Below, one piece after another: positions 1 through 12,863 of a stretch of DNA of 64,000 nucleotides. The DNA is from the human T2T-CHM13v2.0 reference genome, Homo sapiens, in assembly GCF_009914755.1 (NCBI RefSeq), contig NC_060929.1. One strand, given 5' to 3'. Each line of letters starts with the position of its first letter. The first letter of the stretch is position 1. The position numbers were made by a program, and so were the translations under genes. The notes under the pieces were generated by a model. The model was not told where the DNA came from, searched no databases, and saw only the letters and a program-made list of their open reading frames with translations.

Positions 1-21
1 TGAGGATGGATTCTTTCACCT

Positions 22-408
22 TGTTAAAAGAAAAAACCTTAGACAAATTACATTTAATAGAGTTTAATTGAGCAAAGAATGATTCAAGAATTGGGCAGCA
101 CCTGAAACAGAATAGGTTCAGAGAGACTCTAGCACAGCCATACGGTAGGAGAAAATTTATGGACAGAAGAGGGAAAGTGATGTGCAGAAAACAGAAATGA
201 GGTACAAAAACAGCCAGATTGGTTACAGCCCTGCATTTAGCTTATTTGAACACAGTTTGAACAGTTGGCTGCCTTTGATTGGCTGGAACTCAGTGATTGG
301 CTCATGAGTAGGTTATACATCCCGTTAGGTTAGAGTTCACTGTGTACAGAGAAACTGTTAGGCCAAACTTAACATGTGTAAAGAGGCAGCTTTAGGCTAA
401 TGTTAACA
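22..408 (-). mobile_element. Solo ERV1 LTR, MER57-family (MER57A/B-like)
   Basis: TGTTAA...TTAACA termini; 4-bp TSD ACCT at 18-21 and 409-412; body matches recalled MER57 consensus; three CCAAT boxes (ATTGG on +). Confidence 0.85.
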
Positions 409-412
409 ACCT

Positions 413-1835
413 TTTGCATGCTGAACAAGTTTTTGTGTCAACTTATTTTTTAAAGATATTTTTGCTGGCTATAGAATTATACATTAATTTTTTTTTCTTC
501 TCTTAGTTCTTTAAAGATGTGCTACCACTGAACTCTGGTTTACTTTGTTTCCAACAAGGTGTCTGCCATCATTCTTGTTCCTCTACATAGAATGTGGCTT
601 TTTTTCTGTAGCCACTTTTAAGATCTCTTTTCTCATTGGTTTAAATCAATTTGACTGTGATGTGTTTGGTGTAGGTTTATTCATGTTTATTGTGCTTGTT
701 GTTCTTTGAGCTTCTTTAGTCTGTGTTTAGAGTTTTTGTTAAATTTGGAAATTTTCTAATCATTATTTCTTCAAATATGTTTTCTTTCTCCTCCCTCCCC
801 ACTTCATGGTCTCCAATTATATGTATTTTAGTCACTTGAGGTTGTCCCACAACTTGCTGATGCTTTGTTCAATTTTTTCATTGTTTCATTTTGGATAATT
901 CTGTTTCTGTATTTCTGAGTTTACTAGTATTACGTAGTTTCTAATCTGCTGTTAATCTCATCTAGTGTATCTTAAAAAAACCCTCAGATATTGTATTTTG
1001 TAATTCTCTGGGTTCAATTTAAGTCGTTTTAACATCTTCCATGTTTCTGTTTTCCAAGCTTAAATGTAAAGTAATTTCAGCATGTAAAAATAATTTAGAA
1101 TTTTACCTTGTTGGGTGCTGATTATTTTGGTATTCTGTAGATATTCTTGATCTTTGTTCTTAGACGCACTTCAGTTACTTGGGAACAATTTCTTTCAAAG
1201 CTTGATTTTTAAGCTTTGTTGGAGATCAGCCTTTTCTCCAGAGATAATTTTGAGCATTCCTGAAGCAATATCCTTCTGAGTACTTGATGCCCTGGGAATG
1301 TTACTCCCTCCACTGCTTTCCACCAGGCTCTTAGAAACACAAACGATTTTCTCCTTGTTTGAGCTCTAGGGATTTTTTTTTTTAATCATTCAGATGTTTT
1401 TTCCTGGCCCTTGGTTGGTTTCTCCCTATACATATGTTGATCATTACTTAGCTGAAGACACAAATAGACCTACCTACAGATCTTCAAAGCTTTTTCTCTG
1501 TGCACCTCTTTTCTCCACACTCTGTCCTGCCATCTTGGCCTCAGTGGACTCCCAGCTTCATCAACTCAACTCAGACCACTGGGTTTGGCTTCCCTCTACT
1601 TGAGCCTGTACACTTTTTCAAGGCAGTAAGCTGGGGCACTCATAGGGCTTACATCCTTTGTTAATAAGGGATCACTAACCTGCACTGCCTGATGTCCAAT
1701 GTCTGAACTCCCCCCGCCCACCACCCCCCACACACGTGCACATACACATATACATATCTAGTTTTTTGTTGTTTCAGGTGGGATGGTAAACACAGTTCCT
1801 GTTATTAAATTTTGGCCCAAAGTAGAAGTCCAGTG
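413..1835 (-). mobile_element. Old L1M (L1MC/L1ME-type) ORF1/5' region fragment
   Basis: T-rich decayed L1 ORF1 antisense motifs (aagatatttttgctggctatagaatt; aaatttggaaattttct; attatttcttcaaata). Confidence 0.65.
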
Positions 1836-1884
1836 TCATAATTTTTTGCCTGTCTTTTTTGGCTGTATAGTTTTTGCTGATAAT

Positions 1885-2015
1885 ATATTTTAGTTACTAC
1901 AAAAAAATTGACCATGTAAACACATTGCTAAGGTCCCTCCCAGAATTTTGGAAGGGGTTGGTACAAATGAGGGGTTTCTGAAACTTAAACATTATTAGCT
2001 TCACAGTAAATCCCT
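1885..2015 (-). mobile_element. hAT-Tip100 DNA transposon end fragment (Arthur1/MER69-like)
   Basis: gaccatgtaaacacattgcta...ttagcttcacagtaaatcc resembles the reverse complement of the recalled Arthur1 terminus. Confidence 0.45.
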
Positions 2016-2437
2016 ATTTGGGTCTTATTTAGGAAAAAAGGAAGGACAGGAACTAGCCTCAATCCAGCCCAATTAGCCTTCCCCCAAGTGCAACGAGGCC
2101 AATGACAACCAATGATGAAGGCAGTGTTTACAAGGACCAATCTCTTGACGGATCATTTAAAAACTCTTTAAAGATTCAGGGAAACCACCCAGCCAGAATG
2201 TTGATATCAAGACATGATGGATCTACTGTGTCTCCAAGGTAAGGCAGCTTGGAGTCCAGGTGGCTCAGGAGGGGATAGAGGTATGGGCCATCCATCCAAG
2301 AGATTGCTCACCTGCATGGAAGAGATCTCACTTTACTCCTTGAGCTGAGTCTGTGTTGCATGCCTATATATTTTTTGTCCTAGCTTCAAGTTTCTGTGAA
2401 TTGCATGGTGTGAGAGCAAGCTGATATCAGAAACTTG

Positions 2438-2672
2438 ACAGGGTGACTATATTCAATAATAACTTAATTGTACATTTTGAAATAACTAAAAGAGTGTAAT
2501 GAGATTGTTGGTAACACAAAGGATAAATGCCTTGAGAAGCTGGATACCCCATTTTCCATGATGTGCTTATTTCACATTGCATGCCTGTATCAAAACATTT
2601 CATGCTCCCCACAAATATATACATGTCCTAGGTACCCACAAAAGTTAAAAGTAAAAAAATTAAAAAAAAAAA
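2438..2672 (+). mobile_element. 5'-truncated L1MA1/L1MA2 3' end with poly(A)
   Basis: Typical L1MA 3'UTR; A-tail; TSD AGAAACTTG at 2429-2437 and 2673-2681. Confidence 0.85.
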
Positions 2673-3414
2673 AGAAACTTGGATAGAGGTTAAACTGAGA
2701 TATACTATAATCAGGATAATATGATTATAGAACAAATCATGAAACTAACAATTTAAGCTAAACAATTTAAACTACAGCTAACGACTTAGATTGTTGTCAT
2801 GTGTATAGCTGGTGGTGTAAGGACAACTTCTGAATTTTGAAATTATATAGCTAGTGTGTTTCTTTTGAGAGTTCTCTAGGTTCATGAGCATGTAAGCTTT
2901 TTGTCATTGTCAAGATTAATAATAAACAGTAATAAATTAATAGCAACGATAAAAAATATGTTCTTTAGCCGTCTTCTCTGAAGCAAGAAAGGAATCTGGC
3001 AGCCTCTCAAAGAAACTGTGAAACCCAGGGAGGTGGGAGCAAGACTGCTGCTAACCTCTTTGGTGCCTTTGTGCAATTAGGAAAAAGTGCTGCCACTGGG
3101 CGATGCAACCTCATGGGTGCATGGCTTGGCAAGGGGAGCTCAGTTTGGAGTTCAGGCTCCTTTGTCTCCTGGACTGGGCAAGGTTGTGCAATAAATAGAC
3201 TACAAAATTGTTGGTGAAGTACCAGTTGCAGGATGCTGCTTCAAGTCTCCTTCCTTCAGTCCTAGCCTCTGGCTGGCCTGTTTGGCAGGCAGAGGAATGA
3301 CAGGTCAGTGAGAGATTTGTTGATTTAACAAAAGGATGAAAACCTGACTATGAAATCCTGAGCCCATATAAATATGCTGCAGAGGAATAAGAACAAACTG
3401 TCCACAAGCAACAG

Positions 3415-3605
3415 GATTTTAGAGCTTGAAAGGATCTTGTAAATAATGCAGTTCTTTCCTTTGTACCTTTACTTTACAGCTTTGGAATCCCAAAGCCCAA
3501 AGAGGAAGTGAGGAGCCCCAGGTCCCACCATTAGGTAAGCAGCAGAGTCTGGGAAGGACCTGGATGTTGTGATTCTAGCCCATGTTCTTTTCATGACCCA
3601 GCACT
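3415..3605 (-). mobile_element. MIR SINE relic
   Basis: Degenerate MIR core (ctttacagc...gcccaaagaggaagtg...gattctagccc). Confidence 0.5.
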
Positions 3606-4289
3606 CAACCATCAGCAATTTCTTTTCCAATATTTACCACTTTTATAAATTAATATATGAATATATTTTCTTCTAATGTTTTTCTTACACTACAATTTAT
3701 CTTGAAAATACAGATAAAAATGTAAGTTCTCTGATTCAAGGATTACAGGACTTCCAAACATCATTTATAGTATTTGAAAAACTGCAATTTTAATTTTCAT
3801 GGGAATTGTGGCTTCTAGCAGTAATAATTCCATTACTCTTGATAAACCAACCAAGTTAATACAATTTGTGTTCAAAGATGTCCTAAAAGGCTGATGTAAC
3901 TTTATAATCAGAACATGACTTTTAAAACTATTATAGCTATTAAAATAAACAATGAGAACATCTTCTAACATCACTCTAATATGATTTCCTGTTCTTCCAG
4001 GTCAGGTGGCAAAAGTTTAATGAGGAATTTAATTGCTTAATGAATCAAATAGGTCGTGTTTTTGCTCCAAGGGTTGAGGTAACATTGGTTCAGATGAAAT
4101 ATTAGAGTTTGGGTTAGAGAGTTTTACCTTCGAGGAATAAGACGTGCTTTAGAAATCATTTCCAGGTCCCCCAAATACTTTATTGTGCTTACCTTCATAC
4201 CCTTACTAATTACTCTGCATAAAATCCACCAACCTTAGAGCTAGATTTCATTTTAGAAATATTTTGTTATCTAATTTTACCCAAATGGC

Positions 4290-4742
4290 ATACACTAGGG
4301 CAGCCATAACAAAGTACCACAAACACGGGGTCTTAAAAAACAGAAATTTATTCTCTCAAAGTTCTGGCTAGAAGTCTGAAGTCAAGGTGTCAGTAGGTCC
4401 ACGCTGTCTCTGAAGGCTCAAGGTGGGAGTCCGTTCCACGCCTTTCTCTTAGCTTTTGGTGTTGCCAGCAATCCTTGATGTTACTTGGCTTATAGACACA
4501 GCTCTCCAATCTCTGCTTCCATTGTCACATGACATTCTCCTGGTGTGTGCCCTTGTGTATCTCTTCCTCTTCTTATAATGACACCAGTCATATTGGATTA
4601 AGGGCCCATCCTACTCTAGTATGACCTGATCTTAACTAATTATATCTGCAAAGACCCTATTTCCAAATAAGATCACATTCGTAGATACCAGGGGTTAGGG
4701 CTTGAGCATCTCTTTTTGGGGAACACAATTCTACCCACTGCA
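4290..4742 (-). mobile_element. MaLR LTR MLT1B/C
   Basis: agggcagccataacaaagtaccacaaa...cagaaatttattctctc...atctgcaaagaccctatttccaaataag hallmark motifs. Confidence 0.8.
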
Positions 4743-4957
4743 GCATGTACCCCTACTGCTTCTATGAATACAGAACTCTACAGGCTGTCATTAATTGCCA
4801 AAGCTTTCTGTGAGGCTCTTTTTGTTAGGTAAAAGTAGGATGCAGATGCAGGGTACAGTCACATACACACACCATTACTGACCTCAGAAGGCTTACAGTC
4901 TCATAAAAAAACTGATCGTAAATCAACCTGTAGCTATTCATTAGAAAAAGTCCTTTA

Positions 4958-5316
4958 GGGCTTAGTCCATTTGGACTGTTATAACAAAATACCTTAGATA
5001 GGTAACTTATAAACAACAGAAATTCATTGTTCACAGTTCTGGAGGCTGGGAAGCCCAAGATCAAGGCAGCAGCATTGATGTCTGGTGAGGGCCTGCTTCC
5101 TCATAGATGGCACTTTCTATGAGTCTTCACATGGCAGAAGGGGCTAATAAGCTTCTTCAGGCCTCTTTTATTATATAAAAGCACTAATCCCATTCATGAG
5201 GGCTTTACCCTCAAGACCTAATTATTTCCTAAAGGTCCCGCCTCTTAATCCTATTGCATTGGGGATTAGGTTTCAATATATGAATTTTGGGGAGATGCAA
5301 ACTTTCAGACCATAGC
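4958..5316 (-). mobile_element. MaLR LTR MLT1A/A0-like
   Basis: cttagtccattt...cacagttctggaggctgggaag...cactaatcccattcatgaggg...ttcagaccatagc. Confidence 0.8.
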
Positions 5317-5319
5317 GTG

Positions 5320-5960
5320 TAGTGATGGGAAGAAGACATGGTTTACATAATATGGATGGGGGGCCTCTCTGAGGATATGACATTAAACTGAGACTTGAAG
5401 GATGGCAGTGAATCAGCCATGGGAAAGATAAGGAGAATGTTCCAGGTAGAGTTAACAGCAAATACTAAGGCCCCAAGGCAGGAAAGAGCTTACCACTTTC
5501 CAGGGACTAAAGGAGCAAAGAGGGGGAGATGACAGAAGATGAGATTAAAGATGTAGGCAGGGGCCACATCTTTACTCTTTAATTGCCTAATGGGCAATGA
5601 ATAGCTTCCAAACTTTTTTGCTGCAACCCTACAGCTAAGAAATACCTTTGACACACTACCTGGTCCATAGACGCATATATACACAACTGGACAGTAGATG
5701 GGAAGATAGTGAGTCGTCGTTAGATTTTTTGGTTGCCTTTTGGAGGTAGCATCTCCGGATCTCAAGGATTGTGCATGGGAAGGTGAAAGGATTCCAGATG
5801 ATGCTCAGCAACTGGGCTTGAGTAGTTGTGTTGAAGGTGGTGCCAATAAATGACATGACAGCCTGGAGGAGGAAAAGGATTTTGTTGGGGAGGGTGTGGC
5901 TGAAAATAAACAGTTCCGTATTTGACATACTATGTTTTAAGATACCTGGATAGTAGTAGG
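5320..5960 (-). mobile_element. L2 LINE fragments
   Basis: Degenerate L2 motifs (gacattaaactgagacttgaagga; agaatgttccaggtagag; gatgctcag...ttgggcttgag). Confidence 0.55.
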
Positions 5961-5977
5961 AAAGCAAACTAACTGGC

Positions 5978-6955
5978 TGTTTTCTTCTACTATACTCTCA
6001 ACACTCAACACAGCAAACTTCACATTAGGTCACAAAAATGTGTCAGGGGATTTCCGCAACAACCAATTCTCCAGCAGACACCAACTGGGTGTCCTGAATT
6101 CAGTTCAATTCTGATACTCTAACCTAGAGTCAGATCCCACAGGTTAGGGCTCAGTCCCACAAGACAACCTCCTATTTCCGATGCCAGTTGAAAATCCCAG
6201 ATTGTGACTCGTGCTTCTAATGACTGGGTACAAATTGGGAGTTCCCATGACCCCCTCCTCAGATTCAATCATTTGTTAGAGCAGCTCACAGAACTCAGGA
6301 AAGTGTTTCATTTATGTTTCCTGGCTTATTATAGAATACATCACAAAAGATACAGATGAATGGCCGGGTGGAAGAGATGGCGTGGTGGCACACATCTGTA
6401 ACCCCAGCACTTTGGGAGGCTGAGGCAGGAGGATCATTTGAGGCCAGAAGTTTAAGACCAGTCTGGGCAACATAGCAAGACCCTGTTTCTATTTAAAAAA
6501 TAATAAAAAGTTAAAAAATGTGTAAAATATGTATAAAGGAAGAGATGCATAAGACAAGATATGAGTAAGGTGTCTTGGAGCTTCCATGCCCTCTCTGGGT
6601 GTACTAGCAACCTGGAAGCTCTCTGAATTCTATTCTTATGGTTGCTATGAAGGCTTCATTATGTAGGCATGAGTGATTAAATCACTGGCCATTGGAGATC
6701 AACTCAACCTACAGTCTCTCTCCCCTTCCTGAAGGAGGGTGGTGTGGGGGTGCTGAAAGTTCTAACCCTCTAATCACATGGTTGTTTCTCCTGGCATCTT
6801 GAGGCTCTCCATTAGTCCCCAGCCAGGGATCATCTCGCTAGCATACAAAAGGGTACTTATAACTTGGGAAATTCCAAAGGTTTTAGGAGTTCTGTGCCCT
6901 GAAACTGGAAGAAGACCAAAATATGTTATTTCTTCTTATAAATCACAATATCACA
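5978..6955 (-). mobile_element. MER21 (B/C-like) ERVL LTR, interrupted by a FLAM
   Basis: cagacaccaactgggtgtcc, cagatcccacaggttagggctcagtcccacaaga; ends aatcacaatatcaca. Confidence 0.75.
6380..6537 (+). mobile_element. Free left Alu monomer (FLAM_C-like)
   Basis: Single Alu arm plus A-rich tail; TSD GGAAGAGATG at 6370-6379 and 6538-6547. Confidence 0.8.
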
Positions 6956-8531
6956 GTTACTGAAGTCAAAACCACAGAGATTATCACTTAAATAAAAGGA
7001 AGCAAGCTTCTTTTGCTTCTGTCTTGCTGCATAGCTCTGAAACCCAGTCCTGCCTTTTGTAAGAGTGAGTGAGCATGTGTGTGCACGTGTGCTGTGCTGA
7101 AGGGCTTTTCTGAGGTAAAGCGAAGTTCATGAGCCGAGACTGAGCTGAGCTGTCCAAATTGGTTTCAGCTGATGGCCTTTGTTAGTGGAGTTTGAATTCC
7201 TGCTATCTGTCTTGTTATTTTTTTCATTTTCTTTCCAAATTCATTTCTGGAGCTTGGGGCCTCAAAAATAACAAGTTGTTAAAATGACTGAGTATGCTGT
7301 CTGGCTCCACCGAGCCCAACCTCCCCCACTATGTGTCCTAAGCAGGACTGTGAGTCCTCATTTTCCAGATCAAGCTCAATGGAGCAGTGGCGGGGAACCA
7401 GGTCTGTTGATCCTCGCTCAGCTGGGGGAGGAGGGTGAGGCAGGTGGGGAGGAGGGACATCAAGGTTGGGAGGGCAAGAATGTGGAGGTAAAATGGTGAG
7501 TCAGAGGCAGGTGGAGATGCTGGCAAATCCTGGCTTATGTTCCAGAGCGTTCTTTAGCAATCTTAAGATGGAACTGAAATCTGGAATTAAAGAGTGAAAG
7601 TCTTTCGTAACAGAGGCCTCTTTGTTCTGGCTCAGATCCTCCTGGACCACAGTCACTCGAGGAAGCCTACCCCACACTTACAAAGACAAGACCTCGCCAC
7701 ACAGCATCTGTCCTCTTCAAGATCTGCCCCCACCAAGATGTGTCTCCAGACCAAAACCACAGTCAGATTGAAGCACAGGCCAGTGCAGAGGAAATACTGA
7801 ACACAGAGGAAAAAATGGCAAGGCCCTAAATAGTAGGTTCAGCAGGCCCCAGGGGGCCGAGTGTGGAAGTGGATCTTGAGGGCTTGGAACTGGTGTTGGG
7901 GAGAATAGAAGGGTGGGAAGGTGAGAATTTACTCACATGGAAGCCCTCCCAGCAAAGACACCTGGGCCCATCCTCACTGGCGCCCGGTTGCTTTCATAGC
8001 CGCGGACACAACTTGGGCCCACAGTTAACGAGGAGGAAGGCAGAGCGTGCTGAGCAGAGCACCAAGGAAGAGAGCTCGGCTAGCCGGGAAGGTCCGAATG
8101 GATTTATTTGGTGAGGCCAAGGAACCCACTGCCTCCACGGTGTTCCTCCAGGAGGCTCCTCCCTTCACTAAGGCAGCAAGGAGTGCACTGGTGAGGGGAA
8201 GGTAGGTATTTTCCAGAGGCTTGGGGGTGGCTGAAGGCTGGGGCTGACCCTGGGCCATGTTGCCTCCGAACTGGCCTCCCTAGTGTCAGTGGGTGTGACA
8301 CCAGTGGGTGCAGTTAATCCAATAGGCAGGGGAAACACAACACTGGTTTCTAGTGATAAGGACGGTAGTGCTTTCTCACTAGACTTGACCTGAAGAAAGT
8401 GCTCCTTCTCCCACAGTCCATCTCTCAGTGAACAATTTTGCCATCAGGCAGCAGCTCAGGCCAGAAAACTGCAGCCAGTAGCCCCAAGTCATGCCCCCAC
8501 TGCCACCAAGTCCTGCTGTTTGTGAATGTTA

Positions 8532-8568
8532 CTCACACGTGAGACGTCCTCACACGTGAGACGTCCTC
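8532..8568. repeat. Perfect 17-bp tandem duplication (CTCACACGTGAGACGTC)x2
   Basis: Directly visible; each unit holds a CACGTG E-box and GACGTC. Confidence 0.95.
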
Positions 8569-9735
8569 GCCACTCTCTCTCCTCCTGCTGCAGTTCAGGT
8601 CCTCATCAGTTCTCATTCCGATTCTTCCTGGAGCCTCCTTTCTCCCTCCCTATGTCTAACCATTGTACACAATGGTCTTTCAAAACTGCAGGCTTCTCAT
8701 GCCACTCCCCTGAAGAAAATTTTTCAGTGGCTTCCCAGTGCCCTCAGGGCAAAATCCCAGCTGGGGTGTGACATGCCAGGGGCGATGACTAAGGCCTTCC
8801 AGCCACCCCAGACCTACTGGGCTACCTGGAGGAAGTTGGCCTGCAGCTGGGGAGAGTGAGGCTGACACCTGTTGGTGAGCACAGCTGAGGAAAGGAGAGA
8901 GAGAGAAATTGAGGACATTTTTTGCACTAGGATCCAAAATGCCTGAGGCCTGCAGCATCCCTAGATGGCCTGGTTATAAGAGACAATGAATTCCCTTTTT
9001 ATTTTGGAATTCACCTAATTTGAATTGGGCGTCAGTTACTTACGTTGAAAGAGTCCTAATTCAGGCCCCATCAGTTGCTTCAACCTGTGTTCCTGTCTCT
9101 TCTGTTGATGGCAGACTCTGTGCTCCACACTCTGCTCCTCCCACGCGGCTTCCTTTCCTGACCTTGCCTTCTCAGCTTGGAATGTTCTCTGTGCCCCACT
9201 GCCTCCAATCCCATTCATACAAGTGCAAATTCCACCTTTCCTTCAAGGCCCACGAAGAGTTCCCTCAGATATGATCAAATGGTTAGCCGTGGTTTCCTTC
9301 CCTGCACACTGCAGCTTTAGCCTAAAACATTCAGACATAGCAAGTGCTTCATGGTGCACAGAGAGCTGTGGTCTCTCAGGAATGAACACACTGTGCTCAG
9401 ACTGCACTGCCAACAGTGCCCCAAGACAAGACAGGATCCACGCCATTTATCATAGAAATTGATTTTTCTCCAACATGTATTACTAAGGCAGATACATCTT
9501 ACTTTGAACTTGGAATGTGCTGCAGCACAAAAATCACAATAAGTATTCAGCAGCGAGGTCAGTCGAAGGTACTGATGCCCAGAAACATAAATTGTTTCAT
9601 TCTGATCTCAGTGAGACTCAAGAGTGGCTCTGCAGTTTTTGCACAGAAGTCCTTCCAACATTTGAGCCTTTTCTTGCATGTTATTTGGCGTCTAAGAGGA
9701 GGCTTAAGAGCCATAGTTCACAAAAATTTTACTAG

Positions 9736-10045
<310 letters not shown>

Positions 10046-10259
10046 AAGCCTGTACTTCTTTTGAGCTTATGGATTGAACTCAATTTTGAGATAATCCAAC
10101 CCAACCCAATATTGTCCCTTGTAGAATTCAAGGATTAAAGTGGGAGCACATTGCTAAGGTTATTCCAGCTTGGATTCTGTGAACCAAGAAGATGCTTCAG
10201 GGTACGTAGAAGTTTGCAGAACTTAGTAAGTCTAATTATTGTCAATAAGACCAACATAA

Positions 10260-10420
10260 AAACCACTGTCACGCACTGAGTCTGTTTCCTCTTTTGTCAA
10301 GGAAGGAATAATATTGTCTACCTTGCAGGGTTTTTGTAAGAAATTAGAAATAATACTTGTAAAGCATAGTATCTGGTAGAAAAAAGATAGTATATGATTG
10401 CTGCTATTATTATTAATATT
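10260..10420 (+). mobile_element. MIR relic
   Basis: ctgagtctgtttcctcttttgt...ctaccttgcagggt...tgtaaagcat...tattattatt. Confidence 0.55.
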
Positions 10421-10561
10421 ACCAGTTACTGTTTATTTTAAGAACCTTCAGAGAGTTATAAACCAAATACTAAGGGGGTGCCATGGAAGAAGGAGAGAAA
10501 GGCTTCATGAAGGATTTGTGGATTTGGAAGAAAGGAAGGATGGATAAAGTTGGGCTTCTAG

Positions 10562-10888
<327 letters not shown>

Positions 10889-12162
10889 TCACAGGACTGG
10901 CTCTCGTCTGGAGAACATTCTCCCTGCTCCCAATTCTTATCTACAGCATGAATATCTTTCCCATTCACAAAGTTATATTCTAACTTCGCCAACACGCAGG
11001 CCCCTTCACCCTCCTCTGTTCATGTGATGGTTATATATTATGTCTGCATACAACAAAAACCCCGGCAAACAATGTTAGCATTTTTATCTTCAATTGTCGT
11101 GCATGTTTTGAAGAACCCAAGAGGAGACTAATAGTCTTTCATATTTGCCAGATATTTGCCATTTCTGTTTCTCTTCCTTTGCTCCTGACAATCCAGATTT
11201 CCTTCTGGTATCATTTCCCTCTGGTCTGAAGAACTTCCTTGAGTCATTTTTTAAGAGCGAATCTGTTAGCAATGAATTCTCCTAGTTTTCCTCCATCTAA
11301 GAATGTCTTTCTTTACCTTTGGTCCTGAGGGATATTATCCAGGATATAGAATTCTAATAGTTCTTTTCTTTCAGCACTTAACAAATGTCCCTCTTCTTCC
11401 TTCTGGCCTCCAGATTTCTGAGGAGAAATCTGCATTTATTCAAATTGTTCCCTATAAGTAGTGTATCATTTTTCTCTCAGAGCTTTCAAGATGTTTTCTT
11501 TGTCTTTAGTTTTCAATAGTTTGATTATGATCTGTCTGGGTGAGATTTCTCTGGTTTTTTCCTGATAGGGTTGCTGAACTTTTTGTATCAGTAGGTTTCT
11601 GTCTTTCACCAAATTCAGGACATTTTCAGCAATTATTTCTTCAAATATTTGTTTTACACCACACTCTTCCCTCTCCTTATAAAAGTCTGATGACATGAAT
11701 GTTAGACCTTTTGATATTGTTCCACAGGTCTGTGAATCAACCCAGGGACTAATTATTTTTGACCTTTTTTCTCTTTTTTGCTCAAATTGTATAATTTCTA
11801 TTGATGTAGCTTTACATTCACTGACTCTCCTCTATCATCTCCACTCTGCTTTTAAACCCGTTTAGTGAAGGGGCTTAAATTTAAAATTTCAGTTACTGTA
11901 CTTTTTGTTTGAAATTTTCCATTGGCTCTTCTTTCTATCTTCTGTTCCTTTGCTGACACTTCCTGTCTTTCTGTTCATTTCAAGAATGTTCACCCTTACT
12001 TGGTGGAGGACTTTGATAATAGCTGCTTTATAGTCTCTATCAGATAATTCCAACCTCTGTGTTATCTCTGTGTTAGCATCTGTTGCTTGTCATTTTTAAT
12101 GGAAATTGAGATATTCCTGGTTCTTCATATTCCAAGTATTTTTGAATTTAATATTGAACTTT

Positions 12163-12466
12163 CGTCTTTTTTGAGCAGAGTCTTGCTCTGTTGTCCAGGC
12201 TAGAGTGTAGTGGCGTGATCATAGTTCACTGCAGACTCAAACTCCTGGGCTCAAGCTGCCCTCCTGCCTCAGCCTGCCAAGTAGCTAAGACCAGAGGTGT
12301 GAGCTACTACACCTGGCTAATTACAATTTCTTTTTTTTGTTGAGACAGAGTCTCCCTGTCTCCCTGTGATGCCCAGGCTGGTCTCAAACTTTAGGTCCCA
12401 AGCAATCCTCCTACCTTGGCCTCTCAAAGTGTTGAGAATTAGAGGCATGAGCCACTGTGCCTGGCC
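12163..12466 (-). mobile_element. AluJ
   Basis: J-type diagnostics (gatcatagttcactgcag, ctcctgggctcaag); TSD TAATATTGAAC(T/A)TT. Confidence 0.9.
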
Positions 12467-12622
12467 TAATATTGAACATTTTGACTATTGTGAAAAGTTA
12501 AGTATTGTTAAAACTCTGAGGCGTATACGGATATATTTTCTTCGGGATTTGCATATCCCTGCACTGATGCCAAATTAGGTATCATCAACTAAGATGTATA
12601 TTAAAAGTCAATTGAAATAGTT

Positions 12623-12863
12623 CACCAAGTAAGGGTGAACATCCTTGAAATGAATGGAAAGATAGGAAATGTCAGCAAAGGAACAGAAGATAGAAGAGCC
12701 AATGGAAAATTTCAAACAAAAAATGCAGTAACTGTAATTTTAAATTTAAGCCCCTTCATTAAAGAGGCTTAAAAGCAGAGTGGAGATGACAGGGGAGAGT
12801 CAGTGAATGTAAAGCTAGATCAATAGAAATTATACAATTTGAGCAACAAAGAGAAAAAGGATC
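12623..12863 (+). repeat. Inverted copy of 11761-12005
   Basis: Manual alignment to the reverse complement: about 18 substitutions plus one 4-bp indel over ~245 bp. Confidence 0.92.
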
